Origin: Octopus bimaculoides
Lineage: Eukaryota
DNA length: 64,000 bases
Direction: 5' to 3'
NCBI RefSeq assembly: GCF_001194135.2
Contig: NC_068998.1
Span: 17,900,631-17,964,630, forward strand
Positions 15,601 to 28,800 of this stretch are shown here, in pieces. The translations under genes were made by a program, and so were the position numbers. The number at the start of each line of letters is the position of its first letter. Position 1 is the first letter of the stretch. The notes under the pieces were generated by a model. The model did not search any database and was not told where the DNA came from. It worked only from the letters and a program-made list of their open reading frames with translations.

Positions 15601-18600
15601 NNNNNNNNNNNNNNNNNNNNNNNNNNNNNNNNNNNNNNNNNNNNNNNNNNNNNNNNNNNNNNNNNNNNNNNNNNNNNNNNNNNNNNNNNNNNNNNNNNNN
15701 NNNNNNNNNNNNNNNNNNNNNNNNNNNNNNNNNNNNNNNNNNNNNNNNNNNNNNNNNNNNNNNNNNNNNNNNNNNNNNNNNNNNNNNNNNNNNNNNNNNN
15801 NNNNNNNNNNNNNNNNNNNNNNNNNNNNNNNNNNNNNNNNNNNNNNNNNNNNNNNNNNNNNNNNNNNNNNNNNNNNNNNNNNNNNNNNNNNNNNNNNNNN
15901 NNNNNNNNNNNNNNNNNNNNNNNNNNNNNNNNNNNNNNNNNNNNNNNNNNNNNNNNNNNNNNNNNNNNNNNNNNNNNNNNNNNNNNNNNNNNNNNNNNNN
16001 NNNNNNNNNNNNNNNNNNNNNNNNNNNNNNNNNNNNNNNNNNNNNNNNNNNNNNNNNNNNNNNNNNNNNNNNNNNNNNNNNNNNNNNNNNNNNNNNNNNN
16101 NNNNNNNNNNNNNNNNNNNNNNNNNNNNNNNNNNNNNNNNNNNNNNNNNNNNNNNNNNNNNNNNNNNNNNNNNNNNNNNNNNNNNNNNNNNNNNNNNNNN
16201 NNNNNNNNNNNCCACTTTGCCACCGTGAGGCCCAATGCTCAAAAGGAGCTCAGCCACTTTGCCACCGTGAGGCCCAATGCTCAAAAGGAGCTCAGCCACT
16301 TTGCCACCGTGAGGCCCAATGCTCAAAAGGAGCTCAGCCACTTTGCTTCCGTGAGGCCCAATGCTCAAAACGTGCATTTTACATGCCGCTGGCATGGGTG
16401 CCAGTTATGTGACACCAGCATCAGCCACAACTACGATTTCACTTGGCTTAACAGGTCTTCTCAAGTACAACATATCTTCCAAGGTCTTGGTCACTAGTCA
16501 TTGCCTCTGTGAGGCCCAACGTTCAAAGATCATACTTTACTACTGTGTCTCATGTCTTCCTGGGTCTACCTTTACCACAGATTCCATCCACAGTTAGAGA
16601 TCAGTACTTCTTTATACATTTGTCCTTGTCCATACGCATGACATGACCATACCAGCGCAGTTGTCTCTCTTGCACACCACATCTGATGCCTCTTATGCCT
16701 GACTTTTCTCTCAAGGTGCTTACACTCTGTCGAACATGTACACTGACATTGCACATTCAGCGAAGCATACTACTTCACATGTCCTCGGTTGTCACATCCC
16801 ATGTTTTACTGCTGTGTAGCATAGCTATTTGCACACAGGCATCATGCAATGTAACTTTCACTCTGAGAGAGAAGCCTTTTGTTGCCAGCAGATGTAGGAG
16901 CTCTCTGAACTTTGCCCAACCTAATCTTATTTTCACACCTACACTCTTGGAACATCCAATCCCACTACTAACTTGGTCACCTAGATAATGGAAGCTATCT
17001 ACTACCTCTAGCTTACCCAGTTGATGGAGTCTATTTTCTGTACATTTTCAGTGTTTATTGTACCTGTGTATCTTCCACACACAAAAGCTATTTTCTCTGT
17101 TACCCTTTATCATCTTCTTAAACTTTATTTGCTGATTAGGATGGTAAGTTTTTTTTAAACTCTGATCTTGTGATCTTCCTGAAATAAATAACTATAAAAG
17201 TTGGTTGATGTTTCATTTTCCTTGTGGGTGATTTTTGTGTGGTACCAATAGAAATTAGCAATATTACAGAACAAAATGTCAGGCGTAAAAGTTAAAGATT
17301 TATTTATTATGCTTTCCATTCCAATTGTAATTTGTTTTTCGTTTTTACTGGGTATTATTGTTTTATTTTTTAATTTTGTTTCTTTGTTTAAGAATTTTTT
17401 CAGCTGGATATTGTTCCTCTTTCTAACCACCTAAATGTGAAGTAGAACCAAGACCTTGTAGTTTAGTTGAGCAATCTGAGGCTAGCAAAAATATGCATCT
17501 GGTCAAGGCACACAACTCCATTTCTTTCATGGCCTGCATTCTGTTTTTAACTACTTTTCTAGAGGTTGTCTTTTTTAAAAAATGTTTCTGTTTCAAGTAA
17601 AAATATGGAAAATAATTAAACTGCTATAGTCGTCATAGTTTACTCTTTCTCTCACTTTAAGTTTTAGCTAACCCCTCTGTATTGTCTTCATATTTCAAGT
17701 TCATATCCTTGGTCTTGATTTTAAAGATAGCAAGAAGTTTTATTGATGGTGATTTGGCTGTTGCATCAGCAGATTAAAATTGCTATGAAGAGTTCTCACA
17801 TGAGCTGATACAGTTGACAGATTAAGCATACAATATAGAAAATTTACAAATGTCTTCTGAATGATTGGGAACATTTTAGGAATCTTCCCGTATGTTTCCA
17901 AACATTTTTAGAAACTTTATAAAAAGAAAAAATGCTTATTTAAAAAACAAACAAACAAGCAAGTGTTTGTTTTGTTGATACAAATTGTAGAAACCTGGTT
18001 AGGTGTAGATTTCCATTTGTTGTTACCATCTTCCGTTCTTTCCAAGAAAATAAGTGCCATGAAAGCATCAGGGTATAAGCCCTTGATGGCTAAAGTTGTG
18101 TATTTGAAATACTGACTGAGTATTTGAGTAAGTTTGATTTCACATTGTATCCAGGTATCTTCCTTTCTTTACAGGTGTTAGAAAGCTTCAAGATTATGGA
18201 TTACAGTTTACTGGTTGGTATATATAATCTTGACCTCGCAGCTGCCAAGGAGAAAGAAAAAGAGAAGGCAAGCAATTACAAACTTTTAGTATTCTTAAAA
18301 ATTTTTTTTTTTTTTGTGATGATTTTTTTTTTCAGTGGCTCTGTCAGTAAAGGTACTAATTTATTGACTACAAAACAATGAAATCAAATTCTGCTACAGT
18401 CATTCTCTTGTGCTCATGGGTAAAATTACACAAGGAAAATATAATGTAAGCCAGAAAGGAAGTAGAAACAACATATTCTTTTTGCATATTGTTCTACTTT
18501 CCAGTTTTGTTTTCAGGTTTTAACTTTTTCCAGAGAGACTTATTGGTTGAAGTCAGTAAATCTGAATGTTATAATTCCTTGCTTCAGCAGCTAGGAGTGA

Positions 18601-21600
18601 ATGTCAGCTGCTGTAGCAGATTTAATACTATAGTAGCAATCAGTTTTGTTTTCTTTAATTTGACTTTTTTAAACTTAGTTTCCTTTGTGAGAATTTTTTC
18701 ATATTCAATTTTTGCTTTGTTGTACTCAGGCAGTTGATGTGAAAACTGATCCAGCTTCTCCTTTAAATGTGAATGAAGATGGACCTGGTAGAGGATGGGC
18801 AACAATTAAAGGTAAATTTCATTTATGTAGTTAGTAGAATACACTCCATTTCTAGATAACTTTATCAAAGCCTCCATCAGTTCATCATTACTATTGTTTT
18901 AATGTCCATTTTTCCATGCTGGCATGAATTAGTCTGGCATGTGACACTGCATTTCTTTGTGTGTTTTTTGATGCCCTGACACCACCTCTGTAAGACCTAT
19001 CATCCACGGGTTACACTAAACTATTTATTTTGAAACTTTCATTGGTTCTGTCATGGATGTTGTCCATTATCAATCCATGGTATTTCCTTCCAATGTAACC
19101 ATCCATATCCATATATGTTCATAAGAGTGTAATTATCTCTTATGAAGAAAACAAATACACACCCAAACCTATAAAGGGGCTCCATGTGGTCAGTTTGCCA
19201 GCTAAAAATATCCCTCAGATCACACTGCCGTCTTCAAAATAAGGTCAGTAGACACAATCATGGCTGGAAAGTTTTTGATCAAATAACTGCTCAGTCAGGG
19301 CTAACCTATGATTAAAGAACAACCATTGCACATCTAAGCCAACAAACTTTTGTGTGCAACTGCTTTCTCAATGAACTTGTAACTATCTTTTCTTATGGGC
19401 TAATATCTACAGGATCATACACAAGTTATTTTGAATCTTTGTTGATCCTTTGCATTTTTGTCTCATGTTTCACTGTTATAACTCATTACACTTCCAACAG
19501 AAACTTGAAATATGGATAAACAGACCCTTTCTTACCAACAGTGATATCATTTCATTGAACCTCAGTAACCCACTTTAATTTCTAATCATTACAACATCAT
19601 TAGTTCCACCTTGAACATTATGTCAGTTAAATAAAAAACAAAAGAATCCTACTACTTGTAGATAACCATCTAAATTTCATAATCTTCAGTTCATAGCTGA
19701 TCATGCTGCTAACCACTCTAGAGCATTTGTTGCAACTGAAAAATTTTGGTTTCCTGTATGTCTTCTTGGGATGCCTCTGTACTCAATGCTTGCTACGAGT
19801 ATATAGAATTGGGTTCCTACTTACTCAGCAAAGTCATCTTATAATGCTATTTAATTTTTGTAACATTTACTTCTTACCAGTACCTTAGTCTTAACCATTT
19901 CTTTTTTCAGCGTATTCTTGCATGCTTCAGCCTTCCACAGTTTTTCAACAATTCTCTTTGGAAACTGTGTCTTAAACCTTATCCCCTTCTGCACATTCTA
20001 ACATCTTTTGGTGTTTTTTTTTTCCTGGTTCTAAATTTCATTTTACTTATGTTAATACCAGCACTAACTGTTCCAAATTTCCTGTAATAAATTTGTCTTA
20101 CCTATAAATCTCTGAATACTTCTATTTTCATCTTAACTGGTTTTTACATTTGCTGCTGCTTCTGCCAAAATATTTTTCTATTTAAGGAAGTCTTTTATGT
20201 TGTGGAATAACTGCTTCTTTTCAGCTTGAGTTTTGTGGTTGAGGCATTTCTTTTTATTGTTATTATTTTTGTTACTGAAATATAATTTTCCTTGATTTGT
20301 TGTGACTGTCAAAACAAATGATCATTCAGCTATTTAAAGAAAAATCCATACATACATCTGAAATTCTGGTACCACATTTTCTTCCCTTTTCAGACTCTCC
20401 TCATAGAGTACATTTAACTTTGTTGACCCAGTCTTGTTTCATCATCTTCTCATTTACTTTTGTTTTCTCACTCAAGCTTAAAAAATAAAAGTTAAAGAAG
20501 ATGATGTAAATCTTAACAAGTTTTAGTGAAAATGAATTGGTACAAATTTGAAAGTGGTTATTATCTTAATGAGCATCCATGATTTTCCAGTTTAGAAAAT
20601 GTAACAATAAACATTTAACAATGAACAATAACAAAAGCAAGAATGAAAAAGAAATAATACACCATCTATACATACATTTCTAGATGTATGTGCTGTACCT
20701 ATTATTTCTTTGTTTCTTGGCAAGTCAGTGGTATGGCAGGATCTTTAGGGCATCAGACAAAAATGCTTTGCAGTATCTGTTCTGACAATGGTCTGTATTT
20801 AAATCCTGCCAAGGTTAATTTTGTCTTTTCTCCCTTTGTGGGTCAATGAAATAAAGTACCAGTCAAGTACTGGAGTCAATATAATCAACTAACCTCCTTC
20901 CTCTGAAATTGTTGGCCTTGTGCCAAAGTTTGAAACCCATCATTATTATTTGTATCCACTTATTTCTTTTAAGGATTAAGGCTGTTCATACACAAGTAAT
21001 ACTGGACCTGAATATTTGTTTGATGCTTATGTTAATAAAATAATAATAATCGTAATAATAATAATTATAATAATAAGAGCACTCAGAGAGTGCAAACCTC
21101 CGCCAAGGCAACACTAACATCCTCTCAATGATTAGCCAGAGATGATTTTTAAAATGAGAATATCTGAAATAAACTCGACTGCTCTCACAAACGAGAATGC
21201 TAAAAATTAACCCAACTATTCTCAAAAATTAAGTAAAAAAAAAACAGGAAAAATAATCCAGAATCCTTGTCTGGTACCAGATTGATCACAAAATCTAATC
21301 AGTTCATGTCAGTTACAAGGCCAAACATCTCTGAAAGTTTCATCCGAATCCTTGATATATCTTGTCCATAGACAAACAAACAAAGATGACTGAAAACAAT
21401 ACCTCCACCTTCGTTAAGGCAGAGGTAATAAATCTGCTTATCATGGCTTTCACATGCTTACTGTGCACTAAACAACCTTCACTCTGGTGTAAAATTGAAG
21501 ATGTAATCAAAACTAATCAATGTTAAACAAATAATCAATGTTATGAAGATGCATAAATGTACAAATCAAATTAGAAAAAAAAAAAAAAGTATACACATAA

Positions 21601-24600
21601 ATACAAATTTTCTGTTGTTATAAATATAGGTAATAANNNNNNNNNNNNNNNNNNNNNNNNNNNNNNNNNNNNNNNNNNNNNNNNNNNNNNNNNNNNNNNN
21701 NNNNNNNNNNNNNNNNNNNNNNNNNNNNNNNNNNNNNNNNNNNNNNNNNNNNNNNNNNNNNNNNNNNNNNNNNNNNNNNNNNNNNNNNNNNNNNNNNATA
21801 AGGAATAAAAATAGATAACAAGTCAAACTAGTTTTAATAAAATATAAATGTGTAAACTTAATTATTATGCATATTATTTGATTATACTGTTATGGTCAGT
21901 TTATGTTTTATGAAGATCCTCATTAAAATGCATTTTGCAGATTATTATACAGGTTATAAAACCATATTATCCAATGTTCATTGTAATATCACTTCCTGAA
22001 CTACAATCATATACCGGTAAAAACAACTTAGATAAATAACAAAACAATATATACAGGTAAACCAACTTAAAATTCAAAAGGTATGATGATAAAAATAATA
22101 CATAAAGTTTCCAGTTTTTACTTTGTGATGTCCATTCACCCCTAAATATATGTAGTACCATATACTGATATAAAATAAATATTTTCTATCATTTCAAAAG
22201 TGTAAATGACATGTATTTACAAAATTATTTTTCTTCTCTGAGTCTGGTGGTTAAATTATAAATGGAATTTTTTGCCTCAAACAATGTCTGCCAAGCTTCA
22301 TTTATGTTAGACAAAGCTGGAGATAAAATATAAAAAAAAAGAAAAGGAATGAAAAAAAAAAAGAAAAAGCTGATCTGCTTCGTGTTCTTATGTTTGCCTT
22401 GCTGTTCATCATCAGCGCCTGCCACAGATGACCGCGAACGCAGTCCACCAAAGGACAATGGTCTGTTGATGTCATCAAAAACTAGTCAGTCAGGTGAAAA
22501 CATCTTTTTTGTATCTTCACTGTCAGCTATATTGTCTGTTGTGACAGTATTGCCTCTACCTAAAGCAAGCATGGTTTTTTTGCCATCTTCAATTGTGAGT
22601 TTCCACTTCTCACCTGCACTTTTGACGCCTTCTGCACTAACCCAGTGAAGAGCATTTCTCTTGGACAGCTCTGCTATAATGGCTGCTTGTATGAAATTTA
22701 TTTATGGCTTTTGTTCTGTTCTGTGACTGTTTCCGCCAAGTTCTCTTTTTTACCATTCCCTTGCTCTTGGAGTCTATTCTCATTGCTATCAACCTTTTAA
22801 GCTTTCCTTCACATCCAACTATTTCCAATGCTGCAATCCATTTCTGAAGGTCATTCCTTTCTGCTTACATCTCATTGCCTGATGGCAAGTAGTCATGCTT
22901 TTTTTTTCCCCCCCATTTTTTTCTTCAAATTTATTCATTGCTATCCTTGATTGATTATAATATATCTGACAGATATAGTAACCATTAGGCCGCAATTGAA
23001 TGGTATGCGCCTGCACTTTTAGTTACCATTTTACTGCAGGTTTAACATTGCACCTTCTCTAACTAACCAACATTAATTAACTTAAACAACTGTTCATTGC
23101 TGAGTACTTTGAAGAATATGCCACTAATTGCTGGAAATCTTGCAAGTTAAATGACTTGAATTTCAGCTTTGTGGGATCACCATGCTGGTTAAGTGATCAC
23201 TGTAGAATGGTTATTGTATAACCAAATAGTATCTTTCTCTAGGTTCAATAACTACTATATCTGCAGAAATACTAATCACTATTCTATACTCAACTGGATT
23301 ATTCCTGTTGGTTTTTGTAGTCATTAACATTTTCTGCTTGTGGCTCAGTAAATAATTACCTGGTGATCTTTTTTCATGCCAATATCTTCAATGACAAGAC
23401 TAATATAATGTGAAAGTCTATTTTAGCTTGGCTGAATAGATCTTGCTAAAGTTAGTGATTACTGTACTACAGTTTGTCTGACATATACCCCCTTTGATTC
23501 TCAAACTCAACATTGCATGGGGGATAATCTTAAGCTGATATTCCACTAATAGCTGGAAATAGGCTGTTTAACAATGCATGGACAATATTTTGAAGAGTTT
23601 AGAATTTAATTCTATCTCTTTCTCTCACCTTTTTTTAACCTTCTTCCCACATATGCTTTAAACACATTCTAAAACTTCCCAAACATATTTCAATTTATTA
23701 TACTCTTTTATTGTAATATTCATGCCATCAAATCCATTTTTGGAGAGGTTGGGATGATTCTTGTTTCCTTACTTGTTTATCTGTACATGCCTATTTATTT
23801 CTCAGTTGAAACCTCTTAAATTTCCAGCATTTTAAAACTAATTTCCCACTGAAAAATATTCAAATTACTTTTGAAATAGTGTTCTGAAAAAGTAGTTTAT
23901 TGGTGCTTTGAAATTTTTTTTTTTTTCTTTTCATGACCAAAACAATAAAAATTCCCCAAAAAGTTGTGAGAAATATTTATTGAAACACAGCAACATCTGA
24001 AGTGAATACTATTTACAAAGTTGTGGTTGCAATACAACCTTCTGATATTACATAATTTTGTTGTATTGCTTAAATTTTGGAACAACCTACTGGAAATGGG
24101 GAGGTATTTGTGTTGAAAAGCATGTTCATATGATAAAAATCGCCCTTCTGAACTCCCCTGTCTTTGATTACATTTCCCATTTGATGAGCATACAAAAGAT
24201 TTTTTTTATCTAAGAGTCATTTCAACAGACAATACTGGCAAATTTTCCTACCAACTATAATGCAACTCTCATTTCATATCTTCAATCTGTAAAGTGCTTT
24301 GTTGTAATTTTCCACTGTTGATCTGTTATTTACAGTAAACCTTGCCCGCGGAAAGTCTATACGCACGCGTTTAGCACAATATTCCACTGCAATGGAAGCA
24401 ATTCAAGCAGATACCTCAGATCGGCAAGGGGAAACAGAAGACGATGTTCAGTAAGTCATATTTTGTTGTCTTTAATTTAATAATTTCTTTAAAAAAGACA
24501 TTTTTGCACAGGAAGAAGTATAAAGGTCTATTGAAGGGGACCAGTATATCATGTATCATCCTCATTGTCGTCTCCATCATCATCATCTAACATCCACTTT

Positions 24601-24785
24601 CCCATGCTTGCAAGGGTCGGACAGAATTTGTTGAGGTACATTTTTATGACTAAATGCTCTTTAGGTTGCCTTCATTCTTCTATTTCCAAGCAAAGTAGTG
24701 CTTTCCATGGCCAAACATGTTTTTCATGGAACAAGTACAATGAACCATATTGCTTTATGACAGTGATGTTGAGACAAAGACACAG

Positions 24786-24830
<45 letters not shown>

Positions 24831-25691
24831 AGGTAAAGGGTAAAGACCTCCTTCAGTCATGAATGACCATGGGATTGCACCTAGAAAGTTACCCTCTGAG
24901 GCACAAGTCTGGGCAAGCTTGTTTATGGAAGAGCAGCAGTTGCCCATGCATACCAGCCTCCCCGTCTCCATGCCACCGATGTTATCCAAGGGAAAGGCAA
25001 AAGCTGATACAGCTTGGCACCAGTGATATTGCAACTTATTTCCATAGCTGAGTGAACTGGAGCAATGTGAAATAAAGTGCCTTGCTCAAGAACACAACAC
25101 ACAGCACCGTCTGGGAATCAAACTCAGTACCTCATAATTGTGTGCCTGACACTCTAACCACTGAGCCATGCGCCTTCTTATATATTCATATATATGTATA
25201 AGATGGGCTTCTTTCAGTTTCTGTCTCTCAAATCTATTCACAAGGCTTTGGTGAGCTTGCGGCTACAGTATCAGATACTTGCCTGAGGTGCCATGCAGTG
25301 GGAAGCAAGCTTCTTGACCACACAGCCATGTCATACAGAGATGCAAGTACAATATAGCTTTATGTCAGTGATCATTTTCCTGTTGTAGTTGAAAGATTTT
25401 CTTATGCATCTTTCTGAATTTCTTATCCTATTAATAATACTGAGAAGACATCAGTTTCCTCATTAATACAGTTGTAACACCTTCGTTATAAATTTATATA
25501 CGATTTCTTATTTTTTATTTGATTCAGTCATTAGACTACAGCCATGTTGGAGCACTGCCTTGGAGAATTTTAGATGAACAAACCAACTCCAGTACTTTTC
25601 TTTTTGTTAGTTACAGCGACTTAAGTGCACGAACACCAGTTGTCAAGTGGTAGTGGGGGACTAACACAAACACAAACCTACATACATGTTC

Positions 25692-25758
<67 letters not shown>

Positions 25759-25778
25759 CATACATACATGTTCATATG

Positions 25779-25851
<73 letters not shown>

Positions 25852-28800
25852 AAACTACCTATCGCTATTAGATACAAAACTACTATCGCCATTACATACA
25901 AACTATCTTCTCATTTAAATATAAACAAGAGCGGGCGTAGCGGAAAACACATTCCTTGTCATCACGTGACTGATTATTATTCGAAGCGGCAACTTCTTCG
26001 AACCATTCCCGCCAGAACGCAAACTGACCAATCACGGCCCCNNNNNNNNNNNNNNNNNNNNNNNNNNNNNNNNNNNTACCAAGCATTCGTCTTCGCCACC
26101 AGCATCTCCAACCATAGTCAACACGACTTATTATGTACACCAATCCAAACCACCGCGGCACATCTCTCTCTTCGATTCTGTTAGGTGTTTCATATTCACC
26201 ACGATTAATAATAGACAAGAGAATTCAGCCAGCGACGAACGTCTGTCCTCAAGAGCCCAGCCCGGCATGGAAGCCAACATCACAACTAGTGATCGTCCTG
26301 CCACACACAGCCTCAACTTCTTTCACATACAGACTCTTCCAATTGTGTACTCAAGAACTGGTATAAATGCTCACGTGTTACTGACTCTTTCTATCTGCTG
26401 TAATATCTCACATACACATACATGTATCACTCACATACACTCTTTTCTTTGTATGACGGCCTGACTTTTATTGTGTTTTTATATGTCGCATTCACACTCA
26501 CACACAGACATACATCTTTAACACCATAATAAATATCTCTGTTCTTCATTTCATACGGTTGCCTTCTATCGTCTCTTCATTACTGGTATTTACGAATTCA
26601 CATGTTATCGTAGTATAACATATTTTGTATATCATCATTGATATATTATTTTGTGTTAGACCGTGTGACGCGTATAAATAAAAGGAGTCCTGTTTTTCCA
26701 TTCGTCACCATTTCTCCTTTTTTTGAGTTCGCACGGTCGTTCTTACAAACTGGTGACCCCGACATGATTTCAAACACGCAGCCCAACGTGAAAAGTTCAC
26801 ATAACTTTCCAAAAATGGTGACTAAATGCCAGTAATAGACCAACCGTTCTATCAGTCTTTTTCACTACATATATATATATATATATGGTAGCCTTCTTTC
26901 AGTTTCTACTCACAAGGCTTTAGTTGGCCGAATGCTAGAGTAGACAGTTGCCCCATGTGCCATACAGTGGGATAGAACCTGGAACTATGTAGTTGGGAAG
27001 TGAACTTCTTACTACACAGCCATGCCTGCAACTATTTCTAGAAATTATATTAATATCTAATCATTCTTCTTGATTGAAGAGATTAATATCATTTAGTGAT
27101 TGTAATTAGTACATGGTCAACATAATATTAATATAATTAGTACATTATTAATATGGGTGCAGATGTAGCTGTGTGATTGGGCAAGTGTCTTCTTTTATAT
27201 CATCAGACCGACCAAAAACTTCAGTGGACTTGGTTGACAAATTGAAAGAAGTCTGTCGCGTATATATGTGTGTATCTTTGTGCCTCCTTGTCTTGAAATC
27301 ATATGAGATAAGGGAACTTCAAGTAGTGTCATTCGTTTCCAATATTCTGTATAAATATGTTTGACCATGGAAAAATATTACCTAGCTTGGAAACAGGTGA
27401 GGGTTGGTGACAGGAAGGACATCCTGTCATAAACCATTTGCCTTAGTAAACTCTGTCTGACCCATGCAAACATGAAAAAGTGGATGTTAAAACGATGATA
27501 ATGATGATCTTGTTGCTTTTCTTCTTGGTTTGAGAGATTAACATTGTTTAGTGATTGTATTTATTTAGTACATTATTGTTATCATTTTTCTTCACTTAAA
27601 CTTTGGTATAATAATTTTAACTCGTATAGTCTGGCATGAAGAGGATTATTGAACTTTGTTTTTATTTAGAAACATTGGACATCTTTGAAATTCAGGGAAA
27701 TAGGCGTTAAATGGAATAGTGGTAGACTTTCATGCATGACTAATATGAAGTTACTTAAATTGGAGATTTTACTTTTTCTTTTTTGATCTCATTCATTGTA
27801 CATCAGCACATGTTAAAATAAGAATGTTTAATTTGAAGTATATTTGTATGTGTGGAGATATATATCATCATCATCATCGTTTAACGTCCGCTTTCCATGC
27901 TAGCATGGGTTGGACGATTTGACTGAGGACTGGTGAAACCGGATGGCAACACCAGGCTCCAGTCTAATTTGGCAGAGTTTCTACAGCTGGATGCCCTTCC
28001 TAACGCCAACCACTCAGAGAGTGTAATATATTTTTTTTTAAGGAGTTCTTTTTATCAAATGTATTATTATTGCACAGATCTTGAAATATTGTATCGTATT
28101 GCATTGCAGACTTGGAGGCATTCCTGCACGAAATAGTAAAGGAGAAAGATTATTATTATATCTTGGCTTAATCGATATTTTGCAAAGTTATCGCTTGAAG
28201 AAAAAATTGGAACATACAATGAAAGCAATAATTATTGAAGGGGTGAGTGAGATTTGTCACCTTGCAGTATACTAATATATCATTTTGAGTTGACAGCTCG
28301 TTTTGCTTATTACTGTATTCATTGTATTTATTATTATGAAAGATGCTTGTAAGGGGCATATGTTATCTGTATTGTCTCCTCACTCAGCTTTTTTCCTACT
28401 CACCATTGCATCCAAGCCTCCGGCCCATTGATGTATTCTCCACTCACTTTACCTTTTCTACCTATATCACAGTAGCCTTTGCTCCTTGGAACTGGCTGGT
28501 CTCATACCAACTAATTCATTCATCTCTCCTCCTCTCATCACCTATATTGTCTGCTTTCCTAGGCCTGGCATGAACCACTGTATCCAATCCTTTCTCATCA
28601 GAAAGTAATTTCTCTGGTATTCTTTTCTTGCTCATGTTTACTATTTTCTGCAGTCATCGAACTGTAGTAATTCATTTTGTTTAATGACTTTTTGCCATCT
28701 TCCTGGCAAGTTAATGATTCTGCGCTCATAGCACTTCTGGTCCTTATCAGTCAAAAGCTGAAGCAAGTGCTATTTCAGGTCATCATCATTATTGAAAGTT

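Noticed and set aside
15139-16370. Minisatellite as a CRISPR-like array or repeat protein gene
   Set aside because: Units are contiguous with no unique spacers, the context is a eukaryotic intron, and no splice or start signals support translation.
25611-26184. YI/HT/CV-repeat ORFs (also 53545-53848, 55621-56086, 56448-56723, 58976-59461)
   Set aside because: These are translations of (TA)n, (CA)n and (CT)n microsatellites.
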